The notes under the pieces: generated by a model
Seen by the model: the letters and a program-made list of their open reading frames with translations, nothing else
Database searches by the model: none
Told to the model about the DNA's origin: nothing
Shown: positions 12,501 to 27,500 of the stretch, one piece after another
Numbering within the stretch: position 1 is the stretch's first letter
Layout of the letters: each line of letters opens with the position of its first letter
Position numbers and translations under genes: made by a program
Assembly: GCA_964658305.1 (NCBI GenBank)
Contig: OZ210884.1
Coordinates: 5,146,001-5,210,000, forward strand
Origin: Leptogorgia sarmentosa
Taxonomy: Eukaryota
DNA length: 64,000 bases
Reading direction: 5' to 3'

Positions 12501-15500
12501 TATTAAATGATTTTTTGCAATATTTTCATGTTTGATCTCTGATTCTACTGAAACAATTAGATTACTCACTCTCGATTTCTACGAGATGATAGTTGATTCG
12601 GGCTTCGCCCTCATCAACTATCACCTCATAGAAATCTCGAGCTCGTAATCTAATTGTTAAATAGAAACACGGAAATTGTTTTCTATTTCTCAGCTATAAA
12701 TAACATTTATGAACACGCATATGCGTGAGCGAAAACATTCGATTCGCGCACAAAATTCTCAAGTGGAAAACCGGTAAAAGATACGTCATTATTAATGTTA
12801 ACAGAACTTTTGCATGAAGAGAGAAAAAAATTCATTGCATTTTAAGGAATAATATCGTCGGCATGAGGTGTTTTAGCTACTTAGCATGCCAGAATTACCT
12901 TTAAATTTCATCATGTTCCCAGCTTGACTTCGATCAGCATTCCTGCTAATTTGGAGATCATTTCCAAGAAATGTCCCATTTTGTTTCACATTCAATGTGG
13001 GTGTCAGCTCCTCCTGCAGTTTTTCTTCACTTAGCCCATCGCTACTATTGAACGTCACCACGTAATCAGCACCTATTGATCCTGAACTGCAAACAGGAAT
13101 AAAAGCTCACGGTTAAAGTTAAATTTTCATTGACCAAAGGGCAAATCTAGCGATCTCAAAAAATTAATTTAACAATAAATCAACAAACAAAAATCTATCG
13201 CGCAGTTTGGAAACAGCGTGCCAAATTAGTCGAAATGATTGCATGTAAATTCGCACAATTTACATGGTATTATAAAACGTGGCAAAAAAGGAATGTTAGA
13301 ATTATGTTGCATTGCAGTAATCGAGTGATTATTGAAAATTAAATTTAGAATGTATCGACTGTAAATAATTCGTAAATTATACGTATAGAAGATCACAAAA
13401 GTAAGCACTTACAAAAGCCGTATAACGGTCACAGATACGAAGGTAAAACGCAAAGTTGTCGTCATCATGTAATGTCTTGTTAACTATAAAAAAGGGGGCG
13501 TATTGTTAATCGCTGCGCCATCATGTTAAGCCCCTTACAGACGAGCAAGTTTTCTATGACAAGTTTTATGTGACAAGTTTACTTTGCCACGTGTACGTGT
13601 GTACGCACAACATTTTTTATATGACAAGTTTTTATGTGACAAGTTTTTCTTGCCCATCTGTTATCTGTACAAGTCAACAATTTTACTTTGACAAGTTTTC
13701 TTTGTTAACAAAGAAACCCTACAGACGGACAAATTTTTTTACCCGTTAAACAAAGACCTAGCTCAACGGGTAGTACCCGATATTTCTCAATTGAGAACAT
13801 GGGTAATGCCCACGCTGGACTATCGTCTAAGTAGCCTGGCCTGGTAAATTATGAACAGTAATTGCCCGGGTCTATAATCATATGCATTTAGCCAGGCCAG
13901 AGTGGTGAGCAGCGAGCTCGATTTAGCTCAAGTGGTAAGGCACGCGTTGCGTGCGTTGCAGTTTGATAGTTCAAGCCCCAGTTCGACACATTTTTTCAGC
14001 GTTAGTGATGAAAACTTTTTTTTCCTCAATATTTTTCTGACCACAATGGTCAGGGTTAGGATTCTAGGGTTTGGGTTGGGATTAAGGAAATTCTTAGTAT
14101 ATAGAAAAATGGTTTATATCTAACACTAATATAACTATATCAAGAGTAATACTGAAACGCCGACCAGCAAGCTTAGGCGATAGTCCAGCGTGGGCATTAC
14201 CCGTGTTCTCAATTGAGAATTATTGGGTACTACCCGTTGAGGTCTTTGTTCAACGGCTGATTTTTTATACTTTGACAACTTTTTCTATGACAAGTCAACT
14301 TGTTCAAAATCTAGCTGCTAGATATAGCTTTTCAACAAGTGCACTTGTCATAGAAAAAAATGGCAAAATGGGACGTACAGACGAGCAAGGTAAACTTGTC
14401 ACATCAAAAATTGTCATAGAAAACTTGCTCGTCTGTAAGGGGCTTTAATATTGTTTGTTTTGAATAACCAACTCAACATTTCTGATCATTAAACAACTAT
14501 TGAATGAGGTCGAGTAGAATATGATTGTTGAATTATTAAGAGAAAGTTTTTTATCAGGCTTCGGGTAAATGACGCTTGTTTCTTTGAAGAAGCCATTCTT
14601 CGTATTTTCCCGAATTAGCAGAGCAGGATAAATCAGTGTGACGTCATAATGTCATATTATTTTCAAATGATGCGAGCAGTCATGCTGAGTGATTATTAAC
14701 CAACGTAGAGCCAAAAAATCTTTAAATAGTCATCACCAAATTGCACGTTTTAAGATTATATAATATCTACAGTAGATTAAAATAATGAAATTCTATACCT
14801 CAATCTGTATTTTTTGAATAATCAACCAGTAATCCAAACTTGATGTATTTCCATAAGTCGATATGTATATGTGATTTATAATTATCACTTGGCCCACGAA
14901 AGACGCCGCAACATCTGGGAATAACACCAATTACAAATAAATTCAATATGCACCATAAAATTTCTGTTGAATGTCAATTACTATGAAAACAATAATATTC
15001 CAGATACAAGTACTTTTCTTCCCCGTGTGTGAGTTATTTCAAAATTTCAAAATATGGCGTACAGTATTTCAAAATATGGCGTACTGTATTTCGCCACTCG
15101 CGTGCAATTTTTCATTAATACTTCTCGAACCGTGTAATTTCCTATACTAATTTATTAATTTTGATAGCTACATACCAAAACACGTTGACTCATCTTCAGT
15201 AAGTTGTTGTCGTGGACTGATGCAATTGCAGCGATATGTTCCTGGATAGTTTGTACATCTTTTGTCTGCATCTGAACATTTGGGTGGATTTGCTGTGCAT
15301 TCATTAATATCACCTGCGTAAAAGCAAATTAGCCCAAATTAAAACAAGATTACACTTGTCAAAGATTCGAAAAAAAATATAATTGACATCAAATATTTGG
15401 AAATTGGATTATTACTACTTTATGTAACTGAAAAAAAACAACGCTTTTGCTTTTTTCATGCATTAATCCAGCATATTTCGAAATTCCAAACGTAAAAAAG

Positions 15501-18500
15501 TTGTAATTAGCTAAAAATAGGTGGTTTGCAATTGGTCTCCATCTTGGTTGACATTTTAAAACACGTGCACAGCAGAACAAGCATCACATAAAACACCTTG
15601 TTGTTGTTACAATCTCTGTAGCTAATAATTGTAATAAACTTCGTAGTATCAACCAAGTTGTCGCCCATTACCAGCTAAAGAAGTTTTATGTGAACGAAGG
15701 ATACAGCGAGATTCAACATTTCAAGCTTTCTTTTGCTGCTTCTTAAAGTTGTTATCCGCTATAATACCAAAACTGGTCACATATTGGATTTAAGTAAAAA
15801 GATGTCTGCTGCACAAATCATTGATTTTTTTGGATTCTTCCCGGAATATCTTAACTTTAGTTTATGTTTATACCGTACGGTACATGGGCTTTGCTTTAAA
15901 CAAAGCGCAGTAGGATGATGTAGGTAAAACATGTATTCTAACCACAATGTGTTCCATTTCCTTGAAAGCCAGGTTTACAATTACAGTCAAAGGTTCCGTT
16001 TTGATTAACACATTCAGCGTTCGGTGAACAATTGTTATCTTCATCGTTGATACATTCATTACGATCTAAAGGAAATCAATCCAAAAATAATCTTTGAATA
16101 CCTCAAATCACACATAAACTGTGACATTCCTAAAAACAATAATCCTGATGTTAATTAATAAAAAAGTTTTATACAGATTCCTGTTGTCGTTTAAAATTCA
16201 TAGATAAAATCAACGTTTTGCAAATAAAGTATAGCTCGTATTGCGGATATGCGGTCATAGCGCTTTAGCCTTCGTTTTTGTTTGTATTTTTGCTTGTCGC
16301 ATGCAGAAAACGAAATGTATGAATACCATCCAAATTTACGATATCTATTTTTGATACTAGAAATACTGTCGTCCTGTTTTCTTGTATTGCGTCATATTTT
16401 TTGTAAACAGCCTGTCATCTCTAGTTCTGCTTTTTCAAATAGATATCTTGAAATTCATGTGATAATAAAACATGAAAGGAGGGCAACTTCACCGGCAAAC
16501 ATACCCTACGTTATATCATACCTTTGCAATCAAATCCATCTCCAGTCCAACCTGGATTACAAGCACATGAATACGACCCAAGAGAATTGGTGCAAGTTGC
16601 CTGTTCATGACAGGTATCAGTATCGAGGTCGCATTCGTTGATATCTGAATAATAAAATAAATTTTCTGGAACTGTACTAACACGACTGCAGTTAAATGAA
16701 TAAAAATATTTCCTGGAATGTTTTCTATTGTATACCTTGGCAATCAAATCCATCTCCAGTCCAACCTGGATTACAAGCACATGAATACGACCCAGGAGAA
16801 TTGTTGCAAGTTGCCTGTTCATGACAGGTATCAATATCGAGGTCGCATTCGTTGATATCTGAAGAATAAATATAATATATGTTACTGAACTAACAACAAG
16901 ACTGCAGTTACGTGAATAAAAATATTTCCTGGATGTTTTCTTTTGTATACCTTGGCAATCAAAACCATCTCCAGTCCAACCAGGATTACAAGCACATGAA
17001 TACGAACCGGGAGAATTGCTGCAAATTGCCTGTTCATGACAGGTATCAGTATCGAGGACGCATTCGTTGATATCTGCAGAATAAATAATAAATTTTCTGG
17101 CACTGTACTAACATGACTGCAGCTAGGTGAATAAAAATATTTCCTGGAATGTTTTCTTTTCTATACCTTGGCAATCAAATCCATCTCCAGTCCAACCTGG
17201 ATTACAAGCACATAAATACGACCCAAGAGAATTGCTGCAAATTGCCTGTTCATGACAGGTATCAATATCGAGGTCGCATTCGTTGATATCTGAAGAATAA
17301 ATAATAAATTTTCTGGCACTGTACTAACATGACTGCAGCTAGGTGAATAAAAACATTTCCTGGAATATATTCTATTGTATACCTTCGCAATCAATTCCAT
17401 CTCCAGTCCAACCTGGATTACAAGCACATGAATACGACCCTGGAGAATTGGTGCAATTTGCCTGTTCATGACAGGTATCAATATTGAGGTCGCATGGGTG
17501 GATAGCTGAAGAATAAAATGAAATATGTGGTATTGTACTAAGTAAACATGACTGCAGTTAGGTGAATAAAAATATTTCCTGGAATGTTTTCTATTGTATA
17601 CCTTGGCAATCAAAACCATCTCCAGTCCAACCTGGATTACAAGCACATGAATACGACCCAGGAGAATTGGTGCAAGTTGCCTGTTCATGACAGGGATCAA
17701 TATAGAGGTCGCATTCGTTGATATCTGAAGAATAAATATAATATATGTTACTGAACTAACAACAAGACTGCAGTTACGTGAATAAAAATATTTCATTGAA
17801 TGTTTTCTTTTGTATACCTTGACAATCAAATCCATCTCCAGTCCAACCTGGATTACAAGCACATAAATACGACCCAGGAGAATTGGTGCAAATTGCCTGT
17901 TCATGACAGGTATTAGTATCGAGGTCGCATTCGTTGATATCTGCAAAATAAAATAAAATATGTGGTATTGTACTAACATGACTGAAGCTAGGTGAATGAA
18001 AATATTTCCTGGAATGTTTTCTATTGTATACCTTGGCAATCAAATCCATCTCCAGTCCAACCTGAATTACAAGCACATGAATACGACCCAGGAGAATTGG
18101 TGCAAGTTGCCTGTTCATGACAGGCATCAATATCGAGGTCGCATTCGTTGATATCTGAAGAATAAATAATAAATTTTCAGGCACTGTACTAACATGACTG
18201 CAGGTAGGTGAATAAAAATATTTCCCGGAATGTTTTCTATTGTATACCTTGGCAATCAAATCCATCTCCACTCCAACCTAGATTACAAGCACATGAATAC
18301 GACCCAGGAGAATTTGTGCAAGTTGCCTGTTCATGACAGGTATCAGTATCGAGGTCGCATTCGTTGATATCTGAAGAATAAAACAAAATATCTGGTACTG
18401 TGCTAACATGACTGCAGCTAGGTGAATGAAAATATTTCCTGGAATCTTTTCTTTTGTATACCTTGGCATTCAAATCCATCTCCAGTCCAACCTGGATTAC

Positions 18501-21500
18501 AAGCACATGAATACGACCCAGGAGAATTGGTGCAAGTTGCCTGTTCATGACAGGTATGAGTATCGAGGTCGCATTCGTTGATATCTGCAGAATGAAATAA
18601 AATATGTGGTGTTGTACTAACATGACTGCGGCTAGTTGAATAAAAACATTGCCTGGACTATTTCCTTTATATACCTGGTTGGCAATCAAATCCATGTCCA
18701 GTCCAACCTGGATTACAAGCACATGAATAAAACCCAGGAGAATTGGTGCAAGTTGCCTGTTCATGACAGGGATCAGGATCAAGGTCGCATTCGTTGATAT
18801 CTGCACAATAAAAACAAAATATATGGTATTGTACTAACATGACTGCAGGTGAATAAAAATATTTCCTGGAATGTTTTGTATTGTATACCTTGGCAATCAA
18901 ATCCATCTCCAGTCCAACCTGGATTACAAGCGCATGAATACGACCCAGGAGAATTGGTGCAAGTTGCCTGTCCATGACAGCTGTGAATGTTAACCTCGCA
19001 TTCGTTAATTTCTATAATGAGAGATTAATTGATAATTAATCTCAATTAATTCATTTATATTTGAGAGAAAAAAAAGAAATCAATACGTCAATATTCGTCA
19101 TGCGGTGAATGAAAATCTGGGGAGGGAAGGTTTCTTTGTTCAAAAATTATTTGGCTACCTTGGCAATCAAATCCATCTCCAGTCCAACCTGTTTTACAAG
19201 TGCATGAATACGACCCTTCAGTTTCGTTGCACGTTGCCTGGGCATGACAGTTATGAACCCCATCTTGGCATTCCATTCCATCTAATTGTGAAATTCAACA
19301 TTTTTTTTTAAAAAATGAATAAAACATTCGCGCGAAAATGGACAATAGATTAAAATTAAAAATATTAGAAAAAAAGTTTTTTGGCGAAATTTAAAAAAGC
19401 ACATTAGTCTGAATGTTGACGCAATCATGGCCTGTTTCAACCGTCCTAATTCGACGAATGCGCCAGTAGTGGTACAATTCAAGTTAGTCTTTAAAAATGC
19501 ATCCACAATATTGTTTTTTTACTTCATCTTTGTGCTGTGCCATTTCATTGAACATAGCTATGGTTAATAGTCATTGCGCACGTCGTTGAAATTACATTGA
19601 AAGTCGTTGTGCTCCATGACAGGGATACCACACGCTGCATAGTTTCGGTATTGAAATTATGAAAAACTTTCTTTTAATTAAATTAAATGAAAAACTTTAA
19701 TACTGTAACAGCTGAGTGTCATTTATTCATAGAAAAGATTGGCTCGAAGTACGATGAACATGCACACATACCTTGGCATTCAAATCCATCTCCTGTCCAA
19801 CCTAGATTACAAGAACACGAATATGTCCCTGGAGAATTGGTGCAAGTTGCCTGTTCATGACACTCATGGATGTTAAGTTCACATTCATTGATGTCTGAAG
19901 TAGAAATAGAAAATTCATAATGTGAGTAAAATTCAGGCGATGAAACCTGTGTCTTGAAATGCTACTTAGCTTGCATACCTTGACAACTGAATCCATCTCC
20001 ACTCCAACCTGGATGACAAGCACATGAATATGACCCTTGAGTATTGGTGCAATTTCCCTGTTGATGACAGGTATCAATGCCGAGGTCGCATTCGTTGATA
20101 TCTGAAGCAAAATAATCGAATTAGTTTAACAATAACATTGGAGATGTTATCTGATTTATGTCCCCAACAAACCACTACCTGCAAGCTACAAGCTTCAAGT
20201 TGTGTATTAAAGTATGTTCTACACGTTTCAGACAGTAAAGTGGATTATTCAGGGTTAAGTTTTTATTTAATAATCACCCCAGCTTCGAATATCAAGCTGC
20301 TGATCTCAATAAGCGAATTGAAATTTCCCTTTTTGCCGTTAGCCGTATGCCGTAAACGTCAATCTTGAAAAGGCTAATAGTGTTAATTTACGTCAGAGAA
20401 ATGTTTCAAAATTATTTTATAGATTTCAATTTTTTTTTAAAAAATAATTTCTAATTTATTTGGAAAAAATAATTCGTTAAGGTTGTAAGATGAATAAAAT
20501 CTTCACTTCAAAATGTTTTTATCTACATACCTTCACAACTAAATCCATCCCCTGTCCACCCTGAGTCACAAGTACATGAATAAGAGCCTGGAGTATTGCT
20601 GCAATTCGCTTGCTCATGACACTTATGGACTCGATAAACTGGCTTGGCTCTTCGTTTCAATCTGATGATGGTGTCTCCGCATTCATCAATATCTGAGCAA
20701 GAAATCATGATGGTTTTAACCAATATATCCTCTAATCAGTTAACGAAACTTTTATGTGCGGGTATTTGATTAACGGATAGCAAACCTCGACATCTAAATC
20801 CATTTCCAGTCCAACCAGCCTTGCATTCACACGAGTACGACCCAGGAGAATTGGTGCAAGTTGCCTGTTCATGACAGGTGTCAATATCGAGGTCACATTC
20901 GTTGATATCTGCAGATTAAAATATAATATATGTTACTGTACTAAAATGACTGCAGCTAGGTAAATAAAAATATTTCCTGGAATGTTTTCTATTGTATACC
21001 TTGGCAATCAAATCCATCTCCAGTCCAACCTGGATTACAAGCACATGAATACGACCCAGGAGAATTGATGCAAGTTGCCTGTTCATGACAGGTATGAGTA
21101 TCGAGGTCGCATTCGTTGATATCTGCAGAATGAAATGAAATATGTGGTGTTGTACTAACATGACTGCGGCTAGTTGAATGAAAATATTTCCTGGAATGTT
21201 TTCTATTGTATACCTTGGCAAGCAAATCCATCTCCAGTCCAACCTGGATTACAAGCGCATGAATACGACCCAGGAGAATTGGTGCAAGTTGCCTGTTCAT
21301 GACAGCTGTGAATGTTAAGCTCGCATTCGTTAATATCTATAATGAGAAATTAATTGATAATTAATCTCAATTAATTCATTTATATTTGAGAGAAAAAAAA
21401 GAAATCAATACGTCAATATTCGTCATGCGGTGAATGAAAATCTGGGGAAGGAAGGTTTCTTTGTTCAAAAATTATTTGGCTACCTTGGCAGTCAAATCCA

Positions 21501-24500
21501 TTTCCAGTCCAACCTGTTTTACAAGTGCATGAATACGACCCAGGAGAATTGGTGCAAGTTGCCTGTTCATGACAGCTGTGAATGTTAAGCTCGCATTCGT
21601 TAATATCTATAATGAGAGATTAATTGATAATTAATCTCAATTAATTCATTTATATTTGAGAGAAAAAAAAGAAATCAATACGTCAATATTCGTCATGCGG
21701 TGAATGAAAATCTGGGGAAGGAAGGTTTCTTTGTTCAAAAATTATTTGGCTACCTTGGCAGTCAAATCCATTTCCAGTCCAACCTGTTTTACAAGTGCAT
21801 GAATACGACCCAGGAGAATTGGTGCAAGTTGCCTGTTCATGACAGCTGTGAATGTTAAGCTCGCATTCGTTAATATCTATAATGAGAGATTAATTGATAA
21901 TTAATCTCAATTAATTCATTTATATTTGAGAGAAAAAAAAGAAATCAATACGTCAATATTCGTCATGCGGTGAATGAAAATCTGGGGAAGGAAGGTTTCT
22001 TTGTTCAAAAATTATTTGGCTACCTTGGCAATCAAATCCATCTCCAGTCCAACCTGTTTTACAAGTGCATGAATACGACCCTTCAGTTTCGTTGCACGTT
22101 GCCTGGGCATGACAGTTATGAACCCCATCTTGGCATTCCATTCCATCTAATTGTGAAATTCAACATTTTTTTTTAAAAAATGAATAAAACATTCGCGCGA
22201 AAATGGACAATAGATTAAAATTAAAAATATTAGAAAAAAAGTTTTTTGGCGAAATTTAAAAGAGTACTTTAGTGTGAATGTTGCATTATTCATGGCATGT
22301 TTCAACCGCCGTAATTCGTCGAATGCGCCAGTAGTGGTACAATTAAACTTAGTCATTGAAAATGCATCCACAATATTGTTGTTTTACTTCATCCTTGTGC
22401 TGTGCCATGTCATTGGACATAGCTATGGTTAATTCATTGCGCACGTCGTTAAAATTACATTGAAAGTCGTTGTGCTCCATGATAGGGATACCACACGCTG
22501 CATAGTTTCGGTATTTAAATTATGAAAAACGTTCTTTTAATTGAATTAAATGAAAAACTTTAATAAACTTTAGTGTCATTTAGTCATAGAAAAGATTGGA
22601 TCGAAGTACGATGAACATGCACATATACCTTGACAATTAAATCCATCTCCAGTCCAACCTGGATTACAAGCACATGAATATGACCCTTGAGAATTGGTGC
22701 AATTTGCCTGTTGATGACAGGTATCAATGTCGAGGTCGCATTCGTTGATATCTGAAGCGAAAATAATTGAATAGGTTTACAAGAACATTGGAGATGTTAT
22801 CAGATTTATGTCCCCAACAAACCACTACCTGCAAGCTACAAGCTTCAACTTGTGTATTAAAGTATGTTCTACACGTTTCTGACAGTAAAGTGGATTATCC
22901 AGGGTTAAGTTTTTATTTAATAATCACCCCAGCTTCGAATATCAAGCTGCTGATCTCAATAAGCGAATTGAAATTTCCCGTTTTGCGGTTAGCCGTATCC
23001 CGTAAACGTCAATCTTGAAATGAATAATAGTGTTAATTTACGTCAGAGAAATGTCTCAAAATTATTTTGTCGATTTCAATTTTTTTTTAAAAAGTAATTT
23101 CTAATTTATTTGGAAAAGAATAATTCGTTAGGGTTGTGAGATGAATAAAATCTTTACTTCAAAATGTTTTTATCTACATACCTTCACAACTAAATCCATC
23201 CCCTGTCCACCCTGAGTCACAAGTACATGAATAAGAGCCTGGAGTATTGCTGCAATTCGCTTGCTCATGACACTTATGGACTCGATAAACTGGCTTGGCC
23301 CTTCGTTTCAATCTGATGATGGTGTCTCCGCATTCGTCAATATCTGAGCAAGAAATCATGATGGTTTTAACCAATATATCCTCTAATCAGTTAACGAAAC
23401 TTTTATGTGCGGGTATTTGATTAACGGATAGCAAACCTCGACATCTAAATCCATTTCCAGTCCAACCAGCCTTGCATTCACACGAGTACGACCCAGGAGA
23501 ATTGGTGCAAGTTGCCTGTTCATGACAGGGATCAGGATCAAGGTCGCATTCGTTGATATCTTAATAATAAAATAAATTTTCTGGTACTGTACTAACATCA
23601 CTGCAGCTAGGTGAATAAAAATCTTTCCTGGAATGTTTTCTATTGTATACCTTGGCAATCAAATCCATCTCCAGTCCAACCTGGATTACAAGCACATGAA
23701 TAGGACCCAGGAGAATTGATGCAAGATGCCTGGTCATGACAGGTATCAGGATCGACGTCGCATGGGTTGATATCTACAGAATAAAATAAAATATCTGGCA
23801 GTGTACTAACATGGCTACAGCTAGGTGAATAAAAAAATCTCCTGGAATGTGTTCTATTGTATACCTTGGCAATCAAATCCATCTCCAGTCCAACCTGGGT
23901 TACAAGCACATGAATACGACCCAGGAGAATTGGTGCAAGTTGCCTGTTCATGACAGCTGTGAATGTTAAGCTCGCATTCGTTAATATCTATAATGAGAGA
24001 TTGATAATTAATCTCAATTAATTCATTTGTATTTGAGAGAAAAAAAAAGACATCAATACGTCAATAGTCGTCATGCGGTGAATGAAAATCTGGGAGGGGA
24101 AGGTTTCTTTGTTACAAAATTATTTGGCTACCTTGGCAATCAAATCCATCTCCAGTCCAACCTGGATTGCAAGGACATGAATACGACCCAGGAGAATTGG
24201 TGCAAGTTGCCTGTTCATGACAGCTGTGAATGTTAAGCTCGCATTCGTTAATATCTATAATGAGAGATTGATAATTAATCTCAATTAATTCATTTGTATT
24301 TGAGAGAAAAAAAAGACATCAATACGTCAATAGTCGTCATGCGGTGAATGAAAATCTGGGAGGGGAAGGTTTCTTTGTTACAAAATTATTTGGCTACCTT
24401 GGCAATCAAATCCATCTCCAGTCCAACCTGGATTGCAAGGACATGAATACGACCCAGGAGAATTGGTGCAAGTTGCCTGTTCATGACAGCTGTGAATGTT

Positions 24501-27500
24501 AAGCTCGCATTCGTTAATATCTATAATGAGAGATTGATAATTAATCTCAATTAATTCATTTGTATTTGAGAGAAAAAACATCAATACGTCAATAGTCGTC
24601 ATGCGGTGAATGAAAATCTGGGAGGGGAAGGTTTCTTTGTTACAAAATTATTTGGCTACCTTGGCAATCAAATCCATCTCCAGTCCAACCTGGATTACAA
24701 GCACATGAATACGACCCAGGAGAATTGGTGCAAGTTGCCTGTTCATGACAGGTATGAATATCGAGGTCACATTCGTTAATATCTATAATGAGAGATTGAT
24801 AATTAATCTCTATTAATTCGTTTGTATTTGAGAGAAAAAAAAAGACATCAATACGTCAATAGTCGTCATGCGGTGAATGAAAATCTGGGAGGGGAAGGTT
24901 TCTTTGTTACAAAATTATTTGGCTACCTTGGCAATCAAATCCATCTCCAGACCAACCTGGATTGCAAGGACATGAATACGACCCAGGAGAATTGGTGCAA
25001 GTTGCCTGTTCATGACAGCTGTGAATGTTAAGCTCGCATTCGTTAATATCTATAATGAGAGATTGATAATTAATCTCAATTAATTCATTTGTATTTGAGA
25101 GAAAAAAAAAGACATCAATACGTCAATAGTCGTCATGCGGTGAATGAAAATCTGGGAGGGGAAGGTTTCTTTGTTACAAAATTATTTGGCTACCTTGGCA
25201 ATCAAATCCATCTCCAGACCAACCTGGATTGCAAGGACATGAATACGACCCAGGAGAATTGGTGCAAGTTGCCTGTTCATGACAGCTGTGAATGTTAAGC
25301 TCGCATTCGTTAATATCTATAATGAGAGATTGATAATTAATCTCAATTAATTCATTTATATTTGAGAGAAAAAAAAAGACATCAATACGTCAATAGTCGT
25401 CATGCGGTGAATGAAAATCTGGGAGGGGAAGGTTTCTTTGTTACAAAATTATTTGGCTACCTTGGCAATCAAATCCATCTCCAGTCCAACCTGGATTGCA
25501 AGGACATGAATACGACCCAGGAGAATTGGTGCAAGTTGCCTGTTCATGACAGGTATGAATATCGAGGTCACATTCGTTGATATCTGCAGAATAAAATAAA
25601 ATATTTGGTATTGTACTAACATGAATGCAGCTAGGTGAATAAAAGTATTTCCTGAAATGTTTTCTATGGTTTACCTTGGCAATCAAATCCATCTCCAGAC
25701 CAACCCGGATTACAAGCACATGAATAGGACCCAGGAGAATTGGTGCAAGTTGCCTGTTCATGACAGCTGTGAATGTTAAGCTCGCATTCGTTAATATCTA
25801 TAATGAGAGATTGATAATTAATCTAAATTAATTCATTTATATTTGAGAGAAAAAAAGACATCAATACGTTAATATTCGTAATGCGGTGAATGAAAATCTG
25901 GGGAGGGAAGGTTTCTTTGTTCAAAAATTATTTGGCTACCTTGGCAATCAAATCCATCTCCAGTCCAACCTGGATTACAAGCACATGAATACGACCCAGG
26001 AGAATTGGTGCAAGTTGCCTGTTCATGACAGCTGTGAATGTTAAGCTCGCATTCGTTAATATCTATAATGAGAGATTGATAATTAATCTCAATTAGTTCA
26101 TTTATATTTGAGAGAAAAAAAGACATCAATACGTTAATATTCGTAATGCGGTGAATGAAAATCTGGGGAGGGAAGGTTTCTTTGTTCAAAAATTATTTGG
26201 CTACCTTGGCAATCAAATCCATCTCCAGTCCAACCTGGATTACAAGCACATGAATACGACCCAGGAGAATTGGTGCAAGTTGCCTGTTTATGACAGCTGT
26301 GAATGTTAAGCTCGCATTCGTTAATATCTATAATGAGAGATTGATAATTAATCTCAATTAATTCATTTATATTTGAGAGAAAAAAAGACATCAATACGTT
26401 AATATTCGTAATGCGGTGAATGAAAATCTGGCGAGGGAAGGTTTCTTTGTTCAAAAATTATTTGGCTACCTTGGCAATCAAATCCATCTCCAGTCCAACC
26501 TGGATTACAAGCACATGAATACGACCCAGGAGAATTGGTGCAAGTTGCCTGTTCATGACAGCTGTGAATGTTAAGCTCGCATTCGTTAATATCTATAATG
26601 AGAGATTGATAATTAATCTCAATTAATTCATTTATATTTGAGAGAAAAAAAGACATCAATACGTTAATATTCGTAATGCGGTGAATGAAAATCTGGCGAG
26701 GGAAGGTTTCTTTGTTCAAAAATTATTTGGCTACCTTGGCAATCAAATCTATCTCCAGTCCAACCTGGATTACAAGCACATGAATACGACCCAGGAGAAT
26801 TGGTGCAAGTTGCCTGTTCATCACAGCTGTGAATGTTAAGCTCGCATTCGTTAATATCTATAATGAGAGATTGATAATTAATCTCAATTAATTCATTTAT
26901 ATTTGAGAGAAAAAAAGACATCAATACGTTAATATTCGTAATGCGGTGAATGAAAATCTGGCGAGGGAAGGTTTCTTTGTTCAAAAATTATTTGGCTACC
27001 TTGGCAATCAAATCCATCTCCAGTCCAACCTGGATTACAAGCACATGAATACGACCCAGGAGAATTGGTGCAAGTTGCCTGTTCATCACAGCTGTGAATG
27101 TTAAGCTCGCATTCGTTAATATCTATAATGAGAGATTGATAATTAATCTCAATTAATTCATTTATATTTGAGAGAAAAAAAGACATCAATACGTTAATAT
27201 TCGTAATGCGGTGAATGAAAATCTGGCGAGGGAAGGTTTCTTTGTTCAAAAATTATTTGGCTACCTTGGCAATCAAATCCATCTCCAGTCCAACCTGGAT
27301 TACAAGCACATGAATACGACCCAGGAGAATTGGTGCAAGTTGCCTGTTCATGACAGCTGTGAATGTTAAGCTCGCATTCGTTAATATCTATAATGAGAGA
27401 TTGATAATTAATCTCAATTAGTTCGTTTATATTTGAGAGAAAAAAAGACATCAATACGTTAATATTCGTAATGCGGTGAATGAAAATCTGGGGAGGGTAG

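Noticed and set aside
13917..13986. Functional tRNA gene
   Set aside because: Poor acceptor and T stems and an abnormal anticodon loop; it lies inside a transposon.
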